NCBI RefSeq assembly: GCF_006345805.1
Contig: NC_043005.1
Span: forward strand, 100,936,001 to 101,000,000
Reading direction: 5' to 3'
DNA length: 64,000 bases
From: Octopus sinensis
Lineage: Eukaryota
Shown: one piece after another, positions 23,750-37,044 of the stretch
Layout: every line of letters starts with the position of its first letter
Position numbering within the stretch: the stretch's first letter is position 1
Translations under genes and position numbers: made by a program
The notes under the pieces: model-generated
What the model saw: the letters and a program-made list of their open reading frames with translations, nothing else
Databases searched by the model: none
What the model was told of the DNA's origin: nothing

Positions 23750-24090
23750 TTGTGACCCCCTTCGGTCAGACACTGACCATGGGCTTGCACCAAGAGAGTT
23801 ACCCTCTGAGGCACAAGTCTGGGCAAGGTTGTTTTATGGAAGACCAGCAGTCGCCCATGCATACTGGCCTCCCCTCTCCACGTCACCAGTGTTATCCAAG
23901 GGAAAGGCAAAGGGGCCGATACAGCTTGGCACCTGTGACGTCGCAACTCATTTCTACAGATGAGTGAACTGGAGCAACGTGAAATAAAGCGTCTTGCTCA
24001 AGAACACAACACACAGCCTGATCCAGGATTTGAGCTCAAAACCTCACGATCGTAAGCTCAATGCTCTAACCACTGAGCCACGTGCCTTCA
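23750..24090 (-). mobile_element. tRNA-derived SINE (family C head, different 3' body)
   Basis: Reverse complement GTGAAGGCACGTGGCTCAGTGGTTAGAGC..GTGTTCTTGAGCAAGAC. Confidence 0.8.
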
Positions 24091-24091
24091 C

Positions 24092-26794
24092 AGACAACTC
24101 ATACAAACAAAATTACACCCAACATTTTTTAGCCAGGGACCAGAGACACCAGGACACAGGCTGGAACCTAGTAATAAGGAAAAACTGAAGATAATCTATC
24201 TTTCAACCAAACCTCTTTCTAACATAAAAATTGACATCCTCTCAAAAGGGCTCAAATTTACACCAACTCCACGCAGAGCCAACCTAAATGAAATCAAGGA
24301 TAATATAACAGAATTTTGCAGAAAATTAAGACTAGCAGAAGCATCAACCAGTTTCAATACTGAAGATGAATCACTAGTCAAGAACAAAAGTGAACACATC
24401 CCACACAGAGGAAGAAATAAAGATCTTGACGAATTCTGTAACCACATTGAGAACTTTCCCTACCATACTATACATAAACAGACAGTTAACTCAAATTTTA
24501 ACACTACACAATGGAAGGAACTGATAGAACTTCAAAATGATGAAGATATAACCATTAAGGAAGCAGACAAGGGAAATGCAGTTGTAATAATGGATACATC
24601 ATACTATAGAAATCTTGTAATTTCCTTGCTTGATGACAACCAACATTATGAAAAAATTACCAACTACACCCCACAAAAAATAATGAAAACTCTATCTTCA
24701 CTAATTAAAACCCATGAAAAGGAACTACCAACCAAAGAGATTGACTTTCTAACAAACTTTAAATGCAAACCTAGCCTTTTCTATGGTCTGCCAAAAATTC
24801 ATAAAAGCCAAATTATAAATGAAACCATTAAAAAATCACCAAAGACATACATACATACACCAAAACCGGGGGACCTAAAACTACGACCCATTGTAGCTGG
24901 CCCAACCTGTGAAACACACAGACTAAGTCTATTTATGGACATCCTCCTGAAACCCTTCCTTAAACATATCGATAGCCATATCAGAGATGACTTAGATATG
25001 TTAACCACCTTCCAAAAAAAGCCAAGGAAGAAACAATCATGGTTTCATTTGATGTAGTTAACTTATATACCAGTATACCTCATAATTATGGACTAGAGGC
25101 AATACAGTTCTGGCTGGACCAATTTCCGGAAGAAATACCAAAAAGGATCAGTAAAGAATTCATTACTAAATCAATTGAATTCATCCTACATAATAACCAC
25201 TTCATGTTTGACAATACATTTTACCGTCAAAAATCCGGAATTGCTATGGGTACAAGGGCAGCACCAGTCATTGTGAACCTAACAATGGGCTACCTGGAAA
25301 TAATCATTTACCAGGAATCTTTATCAATCTTTGGAAACCCCCTCTCTCAATACATAAAAGAGAATTGGAAACGATTCCTGGACAATTGTTTTATACTCTG
25401 GAATGAAAACACAGATAAACTCCTAAAATTTAAAAACCTATTGAACAGCATAAACCCAAATATACAGTTCACAATGGAATACAACCAAAAGGAGCTCCCA
25501 TTCTTGGATATACTAATTAAAAAAATTAACCTTAAAATAGAAACAGACATTTTTTACAAAGCCACAGACGCCAAACAATACCTTCTTTTTAATTCATGCC
25601 ACCCAAGACACAGTAAAACAAACATCCTCTTCAACCTTGCAAGAAGGATATGCACAATAGTGTCAGAACAAAATACCAGGAACTTTAGACTGCAAGAACT
25701 CAAAAACACCCTAATTGACAGACATTACCCAGCTCAACTCATAGAGGATGGGATCAGACGTGCAACAGAAATCAACATAGAAACCTTAAGAAAAGTTCAA
25801 CACAACAACACACCTTCCCCGAAAATACTACCTTACATATCCACATACAACCCCAGAAACAAAGAAGCCTTCACCATCATCACCCAGAATTTACCAATAC
25901 TTCATAAGGACCCCAAATTAAAGGAAATTCTAAACATACACCAAATCATTAAAAGCTACAAACAACCTAAATCGCTTAAAAAGATTCTCACAAAGGCAAA
26001 ATTGTCTTCTAAAATTACGGATGCAAAAGTAAAAAAATGTGGTAGATCAAACTGTGCAACATGTCCTAACCTGCTAGAAGGATCAGAATTCCTCTTCAAA
26101 GAGGGACAGAAATTGAGGATCAAATCTAATTTTACTTGTGCCTCTGAAAACATAATTTATGTCATAAAATGCTCGGGCTGCCACCAAGACTACGTGGGAT
26201 CCACGGGACTATCACTCAGACGTAGATGCACACTGCATCGACAACAGATTGCATTCCCAGAATACAGAATGATACCTTTTAGTGAGCACATTGAGAAATG
26301 CGCAAAGAAACTACTACCACAATTTTTAATCTTTCCATTTTACCAATGTGCTATCGGAACACCAACACAAATTAGACTAAACAAGGAAACATTCTTCATT
26401 GAAAAGTACAAGCCCAGACTTAACCATTCCAACATACTTATACAGAGAAATTCACCCCAAAGGAAAGGCAAAAAATTTTAAGCGATTATCTCCCTTACAC
26501 CGGAATAAATCACTTATTACCTCCCCTTATTTAGAACTCTTCTCAACATAAACATAACGATAACTCTATTCAACATAAACATAACGATGTAAGAAATTTG
26601 AAAAGCTAAACGCGAAACCGGTCATTTCTTCAAAAACTAGGTCATTGTAAGAAAAAAATTTATAATATTCTTCAGACATATTGACTCAAATATATATTTT
26701 TTAACCTTTTAAAACAAGCCTTCTGTAGTTTTTTCACTTTTTACTATTTTCTATATATTCAACCACGTGCTTTCACAAACCAACTTTCTCATCT

Positions 26795-26795
<1 letters not shown>
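24092..26795 (+). mobile_element. Near-full-length Penelope-like retroelement (Neptune-like), RT plus GIY-YIG, inactivated
   Basis: Open frame from about 24092 (LSKGLKFTP, IKEADKGNAVVIMD, FYGLPKIHK, LRPIVAG), one frameshift near 25003, SFDVVNLYTSIP, GIAMGT, FLDN in place of FLDD, CGRSNCATC linker, IIYVIKC..YVGSTG; stop at 26481. Confidence 0.93.
26591..26630 (+). ncRNA. Minimal type-I hammerhead ribozyme with U3:A8 compensatory core
   Basis: AAGAAAT-TTGAAAA-GC(TAAAC)GC-GAAA-CCGG-TC-ATTTCTT: perfect 7-bp stem I, palindromic ACCGGU stem III, GUC site, 110 nt after the PLE stop codon. Confidence 0.8.
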
Positions 26796-26847
<52 letters not shown>

Positions 26848-26893
26848 TTATATATATATATATATGTGTGTGTGTGCGTGTGTGTGTGTATGC

Positions 26894-26939
<46 letters not shown>

Positions 26940-27183
26940 GTGCAGGTGTGGTTGTGTGATGGGCAGCTTGCTTCCCACCTAAATGGTTCTGGATTTAGTC
27001 CTACTATGTGGCACCTTGGGCAAGTGTCTCCTGCTATAGCTCCAGGCTGACCAAAGCTTGTGAGTGGATTTGGTAGATGGAAACTGAAAGAAGCCTGTCA
27101 GGTCAATTTGTTTGTCTAAACCCTTCAAGGCAGTGACCCAGCATGGCCACAGTCCAATGACTGAAACAGGTAAAAGGTAAAAG
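26940..27183 (+). mobile_element. SINE family A, internally deleted
   Basis: Head and tail present, middle missing. Confidence 0.65.
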
Positions 27184-27929
27184 ATGTGTGTGTGTGTGTG
27201 TGTGTTTGTATGTAGGTATGTATGTATATAGGTAGGTAGGTAGGTATGTAAGTAGGTATAAATGTATGTATGTAATGTATATTATTTTTGTTTCTTTTTT
27301 AATTCTAAAAACTTAAACATGCTCAGTGTAAGGCAATCCAGTTTACCTTACATATATGACAAAGACTGTAGTAAATTCCAGTTGTGTTTCTTTTGCCATC
27401 TTTAATCAGTAACATATGAGGCAGAAAGATAATAATTTGGTTTGAAACACTAGAGTTTTACAAGCCCAAGCTTCATGAAACATCTCATTGCAAATTTGAT
27501 CTGAATATGCCTCACACAAAAACATTTATTCACTAATTAATTCTAAGGAATATCCAACAACTCCTCCACAGCAAAATTAATCAATCCATTAATTAGTGAT
27601 GCTGAATATTGATAGAAATAATAACAAATGTGGAACCTATTATATATGTTAAAGACAACAGTGAAACAACTGTAGGCAGTGCTCCAGCATAGTCTTAATT
27701 ATGATTGCCGAAAAAGCAAAAAAAAAAAGATCTAAAGAAGTGAATCGTTATGATTTTAACTGTGAAGCTTTAAGGTAAAAAACTAGAAAATAAAGGTAAT
27801 CAAAGAAAAAAATAAATGTTATGATACCCCAGCATGAGAACAATCAACTGCCTGGAAACTGACAGAATAAAGAATGCATACACACACACACACACACACA
27901 CACACAAATATATATATGGCTGTTTGCTG

Positions 27930-28413
27930 CACCAGCTTCACATAGCAGCCCCAGCCCAGCCAAAGTACCTTGGATCACAGGACGGCCTGCTGTGCTTACC
28001 TTGGATTACAGAGCGACCTGCTGTGCTTGAGGAGACCTATTGAGTCAAGTACATCAACTTCAAATAAAAATCAAATGGAAATTGTAGCTGTGACACCTGT
28101 GCCAGTGGCATGTAAAAAGCGCCATCCGAAAGTGGTCGATGGCAGCGCTGCCTTGACTGGCTTCTGTGCCGGTGGCACGTAAAAAGCACCAACCGATCGT
28201 GGCTGTTGCCAGCCTCCCCTGGCACCTGTGTCAGTGGCACGTAAAAAACACCCACCACACTCATGGAGTGGTTGGCGTTAGGAAGGGTATCCAGCTGTAG
28301 AAACACTGCCAGATCAGACTGGAGCCTGGTGCAGCCTCCTGGCTTCCCAGACCCCGGTCCACCCATCCAACCCATACCAGCATGGAAAACGGACGTTAAA
28401 CGATGATGATGAT
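27930..28413 (+). mobile_element. RTE 3'-UTR-only copy
   Basis: Three GTGCCRGTGGCAYGTAAAAAGC units, GATGATG tail. Confidence 0.85.
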
Positions 28414-28624
28414 ACAAATATAAAGACATAAAACTACATTTTCCTCTTGCGACTGAGGAAGTCTTAGAAGCATTTATCAAGCTTTTGCTAGTTTTAGATA
28501 CCAAAGCAGATGGAAGCAGACATATCCACCTTACTGGTTTCCCTACCTTTGTTTTAGTGGGATATCCAGCAGGGGACACCTGAAGGAAAGGAGGTTGCAG
28601 CAGCAGTCATTAGGTATTCATTTA

Positions 28625-28755
28625 GGCTGTGTAGGCTGGAATAATATGAGATGAAGTGCCTTGCTCAAGGAAACAATGTGCAACTTGGTCTAGGAATTGA
28701 GTCAAGAATCTTTTGATCATGTGCTTAACACTCTAACCACTAGTCACATGCCTTC
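28625..28755 (-). mobile_element. SINE family C-like head, partial
   Basis: GTGCCTTGCTCAAGGAAACAA...CTCTAACCACT on the plus strand. Confidence 0.55.
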
Positions 28756-28811
28756 AAAGATAAACAAGCTCTGTCTTTCTTCCTATATTTGTGTATGTGT
28801 GTGTTTGTTTG

Positions 28812-29110
28812 TTCCTTCTCCAGCCATGCTTGGCTCATAAGGGCCGGTTTCTCGATTTCCATGGCGTATAGGTTACCCACCTGGACGGGACGCCGGTCCG
28901 TCACAGGTGAGCTGCAAGATGCAGGAGGAAGGAGTGAGAGAAAGTTGTGGCGAAAGAGTCAGCAGAAGTTTTGCCATTACATTCTGCCGGAGCCGCATGG
29001 AGCCTAGGTGTTTCGCTCATAAACACACACATCGCCCGGTGTGAAATTCAAACCCGCGATCCCTCGACCGCGAATCCGCTGCTCTAACCACTAGGCCATG
29101 TGCTTCCACT
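28812..29110 (-). mobile_element. SINE family D
   Basis: Reverse complement of 8461-8790. Confidence 0.85.
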
Positions 29111-29705
29111 GTGTGTATGTGTATGTGTGTATGAAAGAATAAAAGAACATGCACAGCTATGATTGCATCTCAATGATACACCTTTGTACATTTAGCATGT
29201 AAGAAACTAGAAATAAACAAAATGTGAAAACACTGGAATCATTTTATTGCAAAGCCATAATGTTGCTGCTTCCAGTTGCTCTACCGATCACTTTGGGACA
29301 ATTAAAAATTGATATTGTGATGTAGAGGTGATAAATTAGTGCACAAATTTAATTAAATTTCACACACATAAACTACTTGAAATCTAATTAATCTTCAAAT
29401 TGATTAGTCACAATATTTTAGAGTTTGTTTTGTCTATCAGTCTCAGATGTTGTTGTAGCAAAAAGGAAATGAAAAATGAAGTGAAACTATTAAAATGATA
29501 CAGCGAAATCTAAAGTAGAGAAATCATGACCTTTACATTAAGTATTTATCTAGAATTGTAAGTTCAAAAGCATTTCAAACTTTGCCCGACTGATCAGTAC
29601 AGGCATGGCTGTGTAATTAAGAAATTGCTTTGTAACTATGCAATTTAGGTTCAAGTCCACTACACAGCACCTTGGGCAGGCGTTTCTGCTTTTTTAATAT
29701 ATATG

Positions 29706-30120
29706 CTCTTTTACTCTTTTACTTGTTTCAGTTATTTGACTGTGGCCATGCTGGAGCACCACCTTTTAGTCGAGCAAGTCGACCCCAGGACTTATTCTTT
29801 GTAAGCCTAGTACTTATTCTATCGGTCTCTTTAGCCAAACCGCTAAGTTACGGGGACGTAAACACACCAGCATCGGTTGTCAAGCAATGTTGGGGGGACA
29901 AACACAGACACACAAACATATACACATACACATACATATATATATATATACATACATACGACGGCCTTCTTTCAGTTTCCGTCTACCAAATCTACTCACA
30001 AAGCTTTGGTCAGCCCGAGGCTATAGTAGAAGACACTTGCCCAAGGTGCCACGCAGTGGGACTGAACCCGGAACCATGTGGTTGGTAAGCAAGCTACTTA
30101 CCACACAGCCACTCCTACGC
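29706..30120 (-). mobile_element. SINE family A
   Basis: Complete reverse copy. Confidence 0.85.
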
Positions 30121-30499
30121 CTATATATATATATATTATATATATATATTCTATTGAGTGCAACTGTGTGGAAACCCATCATAAGTACATTTTAATGGCT
30201 ACATTTAAAATTTTTCTCACCAATAACTTAATCTATTACTTAGTTGAATACCATTTTATATCCCTTTGGAAGCAATTAGGTGAGTTTGCTCAGCAAAAGA
30301 CCTTCAAGCCAAGTTTCCATTTAAGTATAAATTCACCCCTTCCTCCCACCACTCTTTCAGGCCCAGAGTTTGGGTCGTAACAACTGTTTTTTTCCTCTAG
30401 CCACTCTCAGAGACCCTAAAAAGACTCATGAGCAGTCCTCTCCCAAAACTTCAAGTAAGCTGTAATTAAATAAAAAAAAAAGAAAAATTATCAGAGGTG

Positions 30500-31390
30500 C
30501 AATGCATACCCTGCATGCAGATAATTTTTTTCACAAATTATAGTGTGGCTTACAATGTGTTGCTTACCCATGCTTTTTAACTGAACTGAATTAATTTGTT
30601 TTTTGTTTTCTTTTAAGCATCACCATTATAGGTATTTATACTTCCCTGAAATTAAGAAATCAACTCATAAATAAATGAATGCCTCAAATCCATCAGTGTA
30701 CACACACACACACACACACAGAAGCACAATCACACACACAGTAGCATATGTATGTATGTATTTATATATGTATGTATGTATGTATGCACATGTGTCTATG
30801 CACATAGGTACACAATGATCTATACACACGCTGATGAGGGTCAATTCATATGAAAAAGAAGGTGAACAAAATAACATGACTACTTGCTTATCAGAAAATT
30901 TCTAAGTTCAATTTTTTTTTTTTTAAGTATCACTATTATCGATATTTATACTCTGGCGAAATTAAGAAATCAAGTCGTGAATAAACGAAACTCTTGAATC
31001 CATCACTGTATACACACACACACAGTCACATATCTATGTATGTATTTTTGTATGCATGTATGTATGTATATATGCATGTATGTACATGTGACTACGTGCA
31101 TAGGTACACCATGAACTATACACATACAAATGAGGTTCGGTTCATATGAAAAAGAAAGTAAACAAAATAATACAACTTGCTTATCAGGAAATTTAAGTTC
31201 AATTACCAGTTTTTTTTTCTTTGTTAGAGATAATCAAATAGAATTTTCATCATTTTGAGCCACTCACCCAATGAGTATTTCTGCCAACTTTGGTAAAAAT
31301 CTGTTCAGCCATTTCCCAGTAATTTTGCAAACACACAGACAAAGACAGGTGATTACAATACCTTGCTTTCACTTACACGCGCAGGGTAAA
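30500..31390. mobile_element. Unclassified non-autonomous repeat with an approx. 310-bp diverged internal tandem duplication
   Basis: 30610-30920 resembles 30925-31210; ends in GATTACAATACC..ACGCGCAGGGTAA. Confidence 0.45.
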
Positions 31391-34072
31391 TATATTGAAG
31401 CATTTCATAAAATATGGTGGTTTTGTTTCTAGTCTCCAATATTATGAACAACAGGTTTTGTCTCATCGCTCTGTCCCCATAAAAAATCATTTTATCTATC
31501 AACGAAATGTTTGACTCATGGACGTGAGTAAAACCAGACTTTTAACTAATATTAATTAAGCTAAAACCAAATCCAAGGAAACTAGTGGTGATGTGCGTCA
31601 GTAAAACTTGTATTATTTGGAAAAAGTGACAGAAAGTACAGTTATGAAATTGCACTGTACTCTTTCTCTTTCTTTCTCCAAGTAATATTAATTAAGCTCT
31701 CTCTTTCCAAAATGCTATTAAATTATTCAATACCATTCATTCTTTTTCGACATTTGTCATTATAAATTTCCTATATTCTTATTAAGTGATGTATTAGCTT
31801 TACATGCATGGCTAAGATAAATCTGTAAATTTTCAAAATTCATTTATAATTAAAGAATGTTTCTTTGATACTGAACTCATTCTTATTGCTTTACAAACAG
31901 AATTTATTAGTCAGCTAATCTAAAAATACAGATTTAAATGTTCTACTGACATCACAACACATTACTTGTATGAATAACTGAACTCAGGATTACTGAATGT
32001 GCTGCAAATCTAAAACTTACAAACTCTTAAATCAATTAAATGGCTAGGTCTAAAAACTGTCATTAATTACCTTTTTTCATTCTTGCCAAAATCAAGATAT
32101 GCTATTGATGGTGATGATGGTGGCATCATCATTATTATCTTTATATAAGTGTTATATCAAACTCTCTTATGCTTTAATTGTTTTAATTAATCTACTCTCA
32201 GCCATGTCTTCTTTCTCTAGATTTTATTATAACATTAATCTCAAAATAATCGGTTTTTCCTTCATCTATTTCATCTCACTTTCTCTCACAAAGTGTTTGC
32301 AAAATCTGTTTCCATTGAAGTTAATACATATAATAGCCACCAATCTTCTTAACTTACCGTACGCTACTTTTCACACATTAGTCTTGAGACTATTTTCAAT
32401 AATTCTGCTTTACTTCAGATTTATCATTTTGACCATTTGGCTCAAACTTATATAACATCTAAATGCAACATATTCCACCATGAGACAATATAGTCAATGA
32501 AAAAATAATAATTTCTAATAAATTGCTATAATTTCAAATTATCCTCTTAATTATAGTTCTGACAACAACTCTAAACTAAAATTAAGTGAATTTGTTGTTT
32601 AAGGCCTTTGACTTCAACTGTACACACTTTTGTGATTATACTGACTTCCTTTTCAATACTCTCAGCAGCTTTGTCATTTATATCTACAATCCTGTTTCTT
32701 TCAGTAAGCTACATAATATGCTACTTATCATCCCACGAAACTCAAAATAGCAAAAGCTGAGTGTTTTGTAAAAGGCATGCAACAGTGAAACACATCAGAA
32801 ATTTCATGAAGACTAAAACACATCAACAATATATTTTTTCACGGATATTTTTAAAACCAACCAACCATCCAACCAACCAACCAACCAACCCAAGCTAACA
32901 TTAAAGGATGGAGAGAAAATTCTCCAAACAATTCTAACAAGTGTCAAGCCAATTAAGAAACAAATAATATATATGTTCTTCAATATGAACATAAAATATA
33001 ACTCCACATGTAGAAAAGAACAAAGAAGATATTTCAAGATGAAGATTTAGGGTAATAATGCTAGTTTCAATGTAGAACAAGATCTAAGAAAAGGTTTAAA
33101 AGGGGGAGGTTTTTATAAGCTGCTCCTGTTGCTTTGACATTAACAAGTATCAGCAATTACAGGAGAATGATACAGGAAGGCTTCATTATAAAATAGATCT
33201 TAGAGTCTCTCATGAGAGAAAGAACCTAAAATAAATATTCCTTTCCTTTTAGACAAATGCTGTTTATTTGTATTTCATAACAGTTTCTGACATTTATGGT
33301 TCCATCCACCAAAACAAATCTTAGCTCCTCGCCGCCACTACCACCCATCGTTCGAAAGAGAATAAACAAAAACAAATTCTTCTGCCTTACACCTTAGAAG
33401 CCAATCAATATTTTGCAAGGTAGATGAAAGTTATTTCCTTCTACTTGTAAAGAAGAAAAAGATCTTAAGTAAACACAGTATTTAAGGTTAGTTAAAGAGG
33501 TTTCTCCTTTGGCCAAACGGAGAATGTGTGGCATGAAAATAGGTTTGATGCTGATTTAGCGTAACAAATATATGGTAGCTCCCTGAAGGCTGTCTAATCA
33601 ATAGACTGGAGAGATGTCAGTTAATGAGGATTGCTAAAGGTTTGTTCATCACTATGTTTAACCAGAACAGATTGAAGTAATTACAGAACAAACTGATTTT
33701 ATATGAATAAATTTAATGTTTTCTTAATTACCCAATTAGGAGAATCTTGGAGGAGTAGATGTGATAATCATAGCCGAAACTGAATATAAAAGCAATGTCA
33801 TCTCCAATTAGAGGGATAACACTTTAAAGTGATAAGAAAGATATAATTCAACATTACCATATCTTAAGAGTTCCTATTTCTTCCATCAATTCACAGAACT
33901 AAATAAGGGACACTCTACTTGGTTGCTCAACCTGTGACAAATAGCAACCATATCTCTGCCATATCACACACCATACTGTCTTGAAGAAGGGGACAATACA
34001 CTTCTTAATGTTATCCTATATAGACTATGCCACCTAAAAAGGTTCGAGTATCTTTGATCAATGAATAGCTAA

Positions 34073-34125
34073 ACAACAACAACAACAGCAACAACAACAA
34101 CAACAGCAACAACAACAACAACAAC
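34073..34125. repeat. (AAC)n microsatellite
   Basis: Direct reading. Confidence 0.95.
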
Positions 34126-34489
34126 TAAATCTGGTATATTGAGTTTGAGGCTTTATGTTAAGATTTCTCAGTTTGAATAACATCAAAGTTGATATTCATC
34201 TCTCTAGCAGTTAATAAACCTAACACCGATTACAGATGGAGTCGTCAATTCACTAAACACTATTATAAAGCAGTGATGAAATCCAGGAAAGTGGAGAGGA
34301 GGGTTCCATGTTGCAGGTCCTACCAATCCCAAACACTGAGCTGTTATTATATAGTTTAATCAGCAAAAGCCTTTCTTGAATGTTGGTTGGTTAGATTTCA
34401 GGAGTTAACAACGGAGCCTTACATGCGACCACTTGATTTGCATGTAATGTCAGCCAAACTTCCAACGAGTCCTTCTCTTTTATCTTTTG

Positions 34490-34701
34490 CCTTTTACTTG
34501 TTTCAGTCATTTAGACTGCGGCCATACTGGGGCACCGATTTTGAAAAATTTTAGTCAAACTGAACAACCCCAGATCTTTTGTTTTTATGTCTGGTACTTA
34601 TTCTATCGATCTCTTTTGCCAAACCGCTAAGTTATAGGGATTTATACACACCAACACTGGATATCAAGAGGTGGGGGGGGGGCAAACACAAACACACACA
34701 A

Positions 34702-34732
<31 letters not shown>

Positions 34733-34880
34733 AGGGGCTTCATTCAGTTTTTTTCTACCAAACCCAGTCACAAGGATTTGGTCAACCCAAAAACACAAAG
34801 CTATTGAAGTAAACCCATACAAGGTGCTGCATATTGGGACTGAACCTGGAACCATGTGGTTGGGAATCAAACTTCTTAAG
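34490..34880 (-). mobile_element. SINE family A
   Basis: Reverse copy, diverged. Confidence 0.7.
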
Positions 34881-35527
34881 GAACATTCACAGGAATAATG
34901 GAAAGTCAATACTGAAAACTCCACAAATTAAAACTGTTCATGAAGACAAGATCTGTAGAACTGTGAATATGTAGGTTATGGTCATGAGACCTTTTGTGTC
35001 ATAAGTCTGCCAAAGCAGGGATAGCTAGAGGGCGAGCTATCAAGAAGCAGATTCCAAATCTATAAATGCAACAGACTACACTAAAACAGAAATGCAAAAA
35101 CTAAAAATTAAAGAGTTGAAAGATGAAGTGAAGATAAAATATGCACATCATAAATTGGTTTGAGATAAGGCAGAATGAAAGAAAAATGACAAATTTTGAG
35201 ATGAATAAGTTAGGAATGAGAATGAATTCTTTGACATCAACGTCTTTCTGTTTAATATGCAAAAAGAAAAACAACTGAAATTTCTCTTTATCTTAATGAG
35301 AAAAAAATCATTTCTATATAAATGTTTTATAGTTGAAGTTATACAGTTATACATATTTAGAAACTTCTAGAAACTGTCATGGGATTTAATCAAAATATAC
35401 ACTCTTAAAGTAAAAGTAAGATCACACTTGTTTTTATATGACAAAAATAAATTAAAGTTCTGCTCTTATAAGAGAAATGGTTTGGAACAATTAACAACCT
35501 ACTGGTATCTCTCTCTCTCTCTCTCTC

Positions 35528-35961
35528 TTTACTCTTTTACTTGTTTCAGTCATGTGACTGCAGCCATGCTGGAGCACCACCTTTAGTCGAGCAAATCGAC
35601 CTCAAGACTTATTCTTTGTAAGCCTAGTACTTATTCTATCGGTCTCTTTTGCCGAGCTGCTAAGTTACAGGGACGTAAACACACCAGCATCAGTTGTCAA
35701 GCAATGTTGGGGAGACAAACACAGATGCACAAACATAGGCACACACATGCATACATACACACACACATATATATATATATATACACATACACATATATAC
35801 GACAGGCTTCTTGTAGTTTCCATCCACCAAATCCACTCACAAGGCTTTGGTCAGCCCGAGGCTATAGCAGAAGACACTTGCCCAAGGTGCCACACAGTGG
35901 GACTGAACCTGGAACCATGTGGTTCATAAGCAAGCTACTTATCACACAGCCACTCCTGTGC
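35528..35961 (-). mobile_element. SINE family A
   Basis: Complete reverse copy. Confidence 0.85.
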
Positions 35962-36139
35962 CTATGTGCAATAGTAATCATTTTGATATTGTCCCCCCTA
36001 CAACCACTCCATTTGGTTTGATCACCATCACCATCTTATGTCTACTTTCACTGCTGCCATAGATTGGATGGGTCATCACAGTTGAGTCAGATTTTATTCA
36101 TAGTTATTGCTTTCCTAAATGGGTTGGAGGATCATGTCT

Positions 36140-36552
36140 GGATCTTTTCGGTTTCAACGGCAGTTTTTTCTAGGTAACTAAAAAATTTTAAACTTCGTAT
36201 TCTGGTAGGATGTGTTTTAAAATATCTTTTTCTTTTAGCCTTATTGTGAAAATTCTATTGTTTGTAAGATATTTGTTGTTTTTCTTCAATTTCTGCAATT
36301 TCAACCAATCACTGATGTCTATTGAGGTAAAAACATTCTGTGCCGTATGAATATGTCTCTCGTTTAAGAAAAAGATTGGGTTTATTTACATTTGTGAAGA
36401 AAAAAGATACCCTTCACCCCACCCCTAACACTAACCAACCCTAACCCTAAAATTGATTGAAATGCAATAGATTGATACTAGGGCCATAATTATGGGTGAC
36501 AATTTCATATGACACCGCTAGAAAAAAACTGCTGTTCAAACTGAAAAGATCC
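36140..36552. mobile_element. MITE with approx. 33-bp TIRs and a near-perfect 8-bp TSD
   Basis: GGATCTTTTCGGTTTCAACGGCAGTTTTTTCTAG ... CTAGAAAAAAACTGCTGTTCAAACTGAAAAGATCC; flanks TCATGTCT and TCATGTCA. Confidence 0.8.
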
Positions 36553-37044
36553 TCATGTCACATTTGTAAATTTACTTTCTAGCTTCTTTTCTATGATCTC
36601 ACCAACCACTTCACAGAATGTACATGGTACATTTTCTTGTGGCACCAGTACTAAAGAGGTTGTCATGACCTCAGTAAAACTAAAGAGTCATCTTCAGTTA
36701 TTTTCTAACCATTTTACAGAAAGTGATGGCTGCATTTTACCATACAACACTGAAAAGTTCTCACTACTCTTTGATGTTGACATTCAGTCAAGACAATGTG
36801 ACTGAGCAGAAGAGTAAATAAGTAGATTGAGATGGGACAGGAGGTTGAGTAAAGTGAGAATGTGATGGAGGTAGCAGGACGAATGATGTCAGAGGGTGGT
36901 AGAGGGAGTGAGCATGACATCCTTAGCTACACCAGTAGGAGAGAGAGTGAGAGAGTGAGATGTGAGAGAGAGAGTGAGAGAGACGAGAGAGTAAAAGAGA
37001 GAAATAGAGATATATGTTAGGGGTTTGGGAGTATTAAGAAGCAG

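Noticed and set aside
30825-30860. CTGATGA..GAAA spacing
   Set aside because: No stem II or stem I pairing; the duplicate unit lacks the motif
33325-33780. Exon-like segments (SSPPLPPIVRKR.. on plus; FGYDYHIYSSKILLIG on minus)
   Set aside because: Plausible splice sites but no recognisable homology and no linking exons
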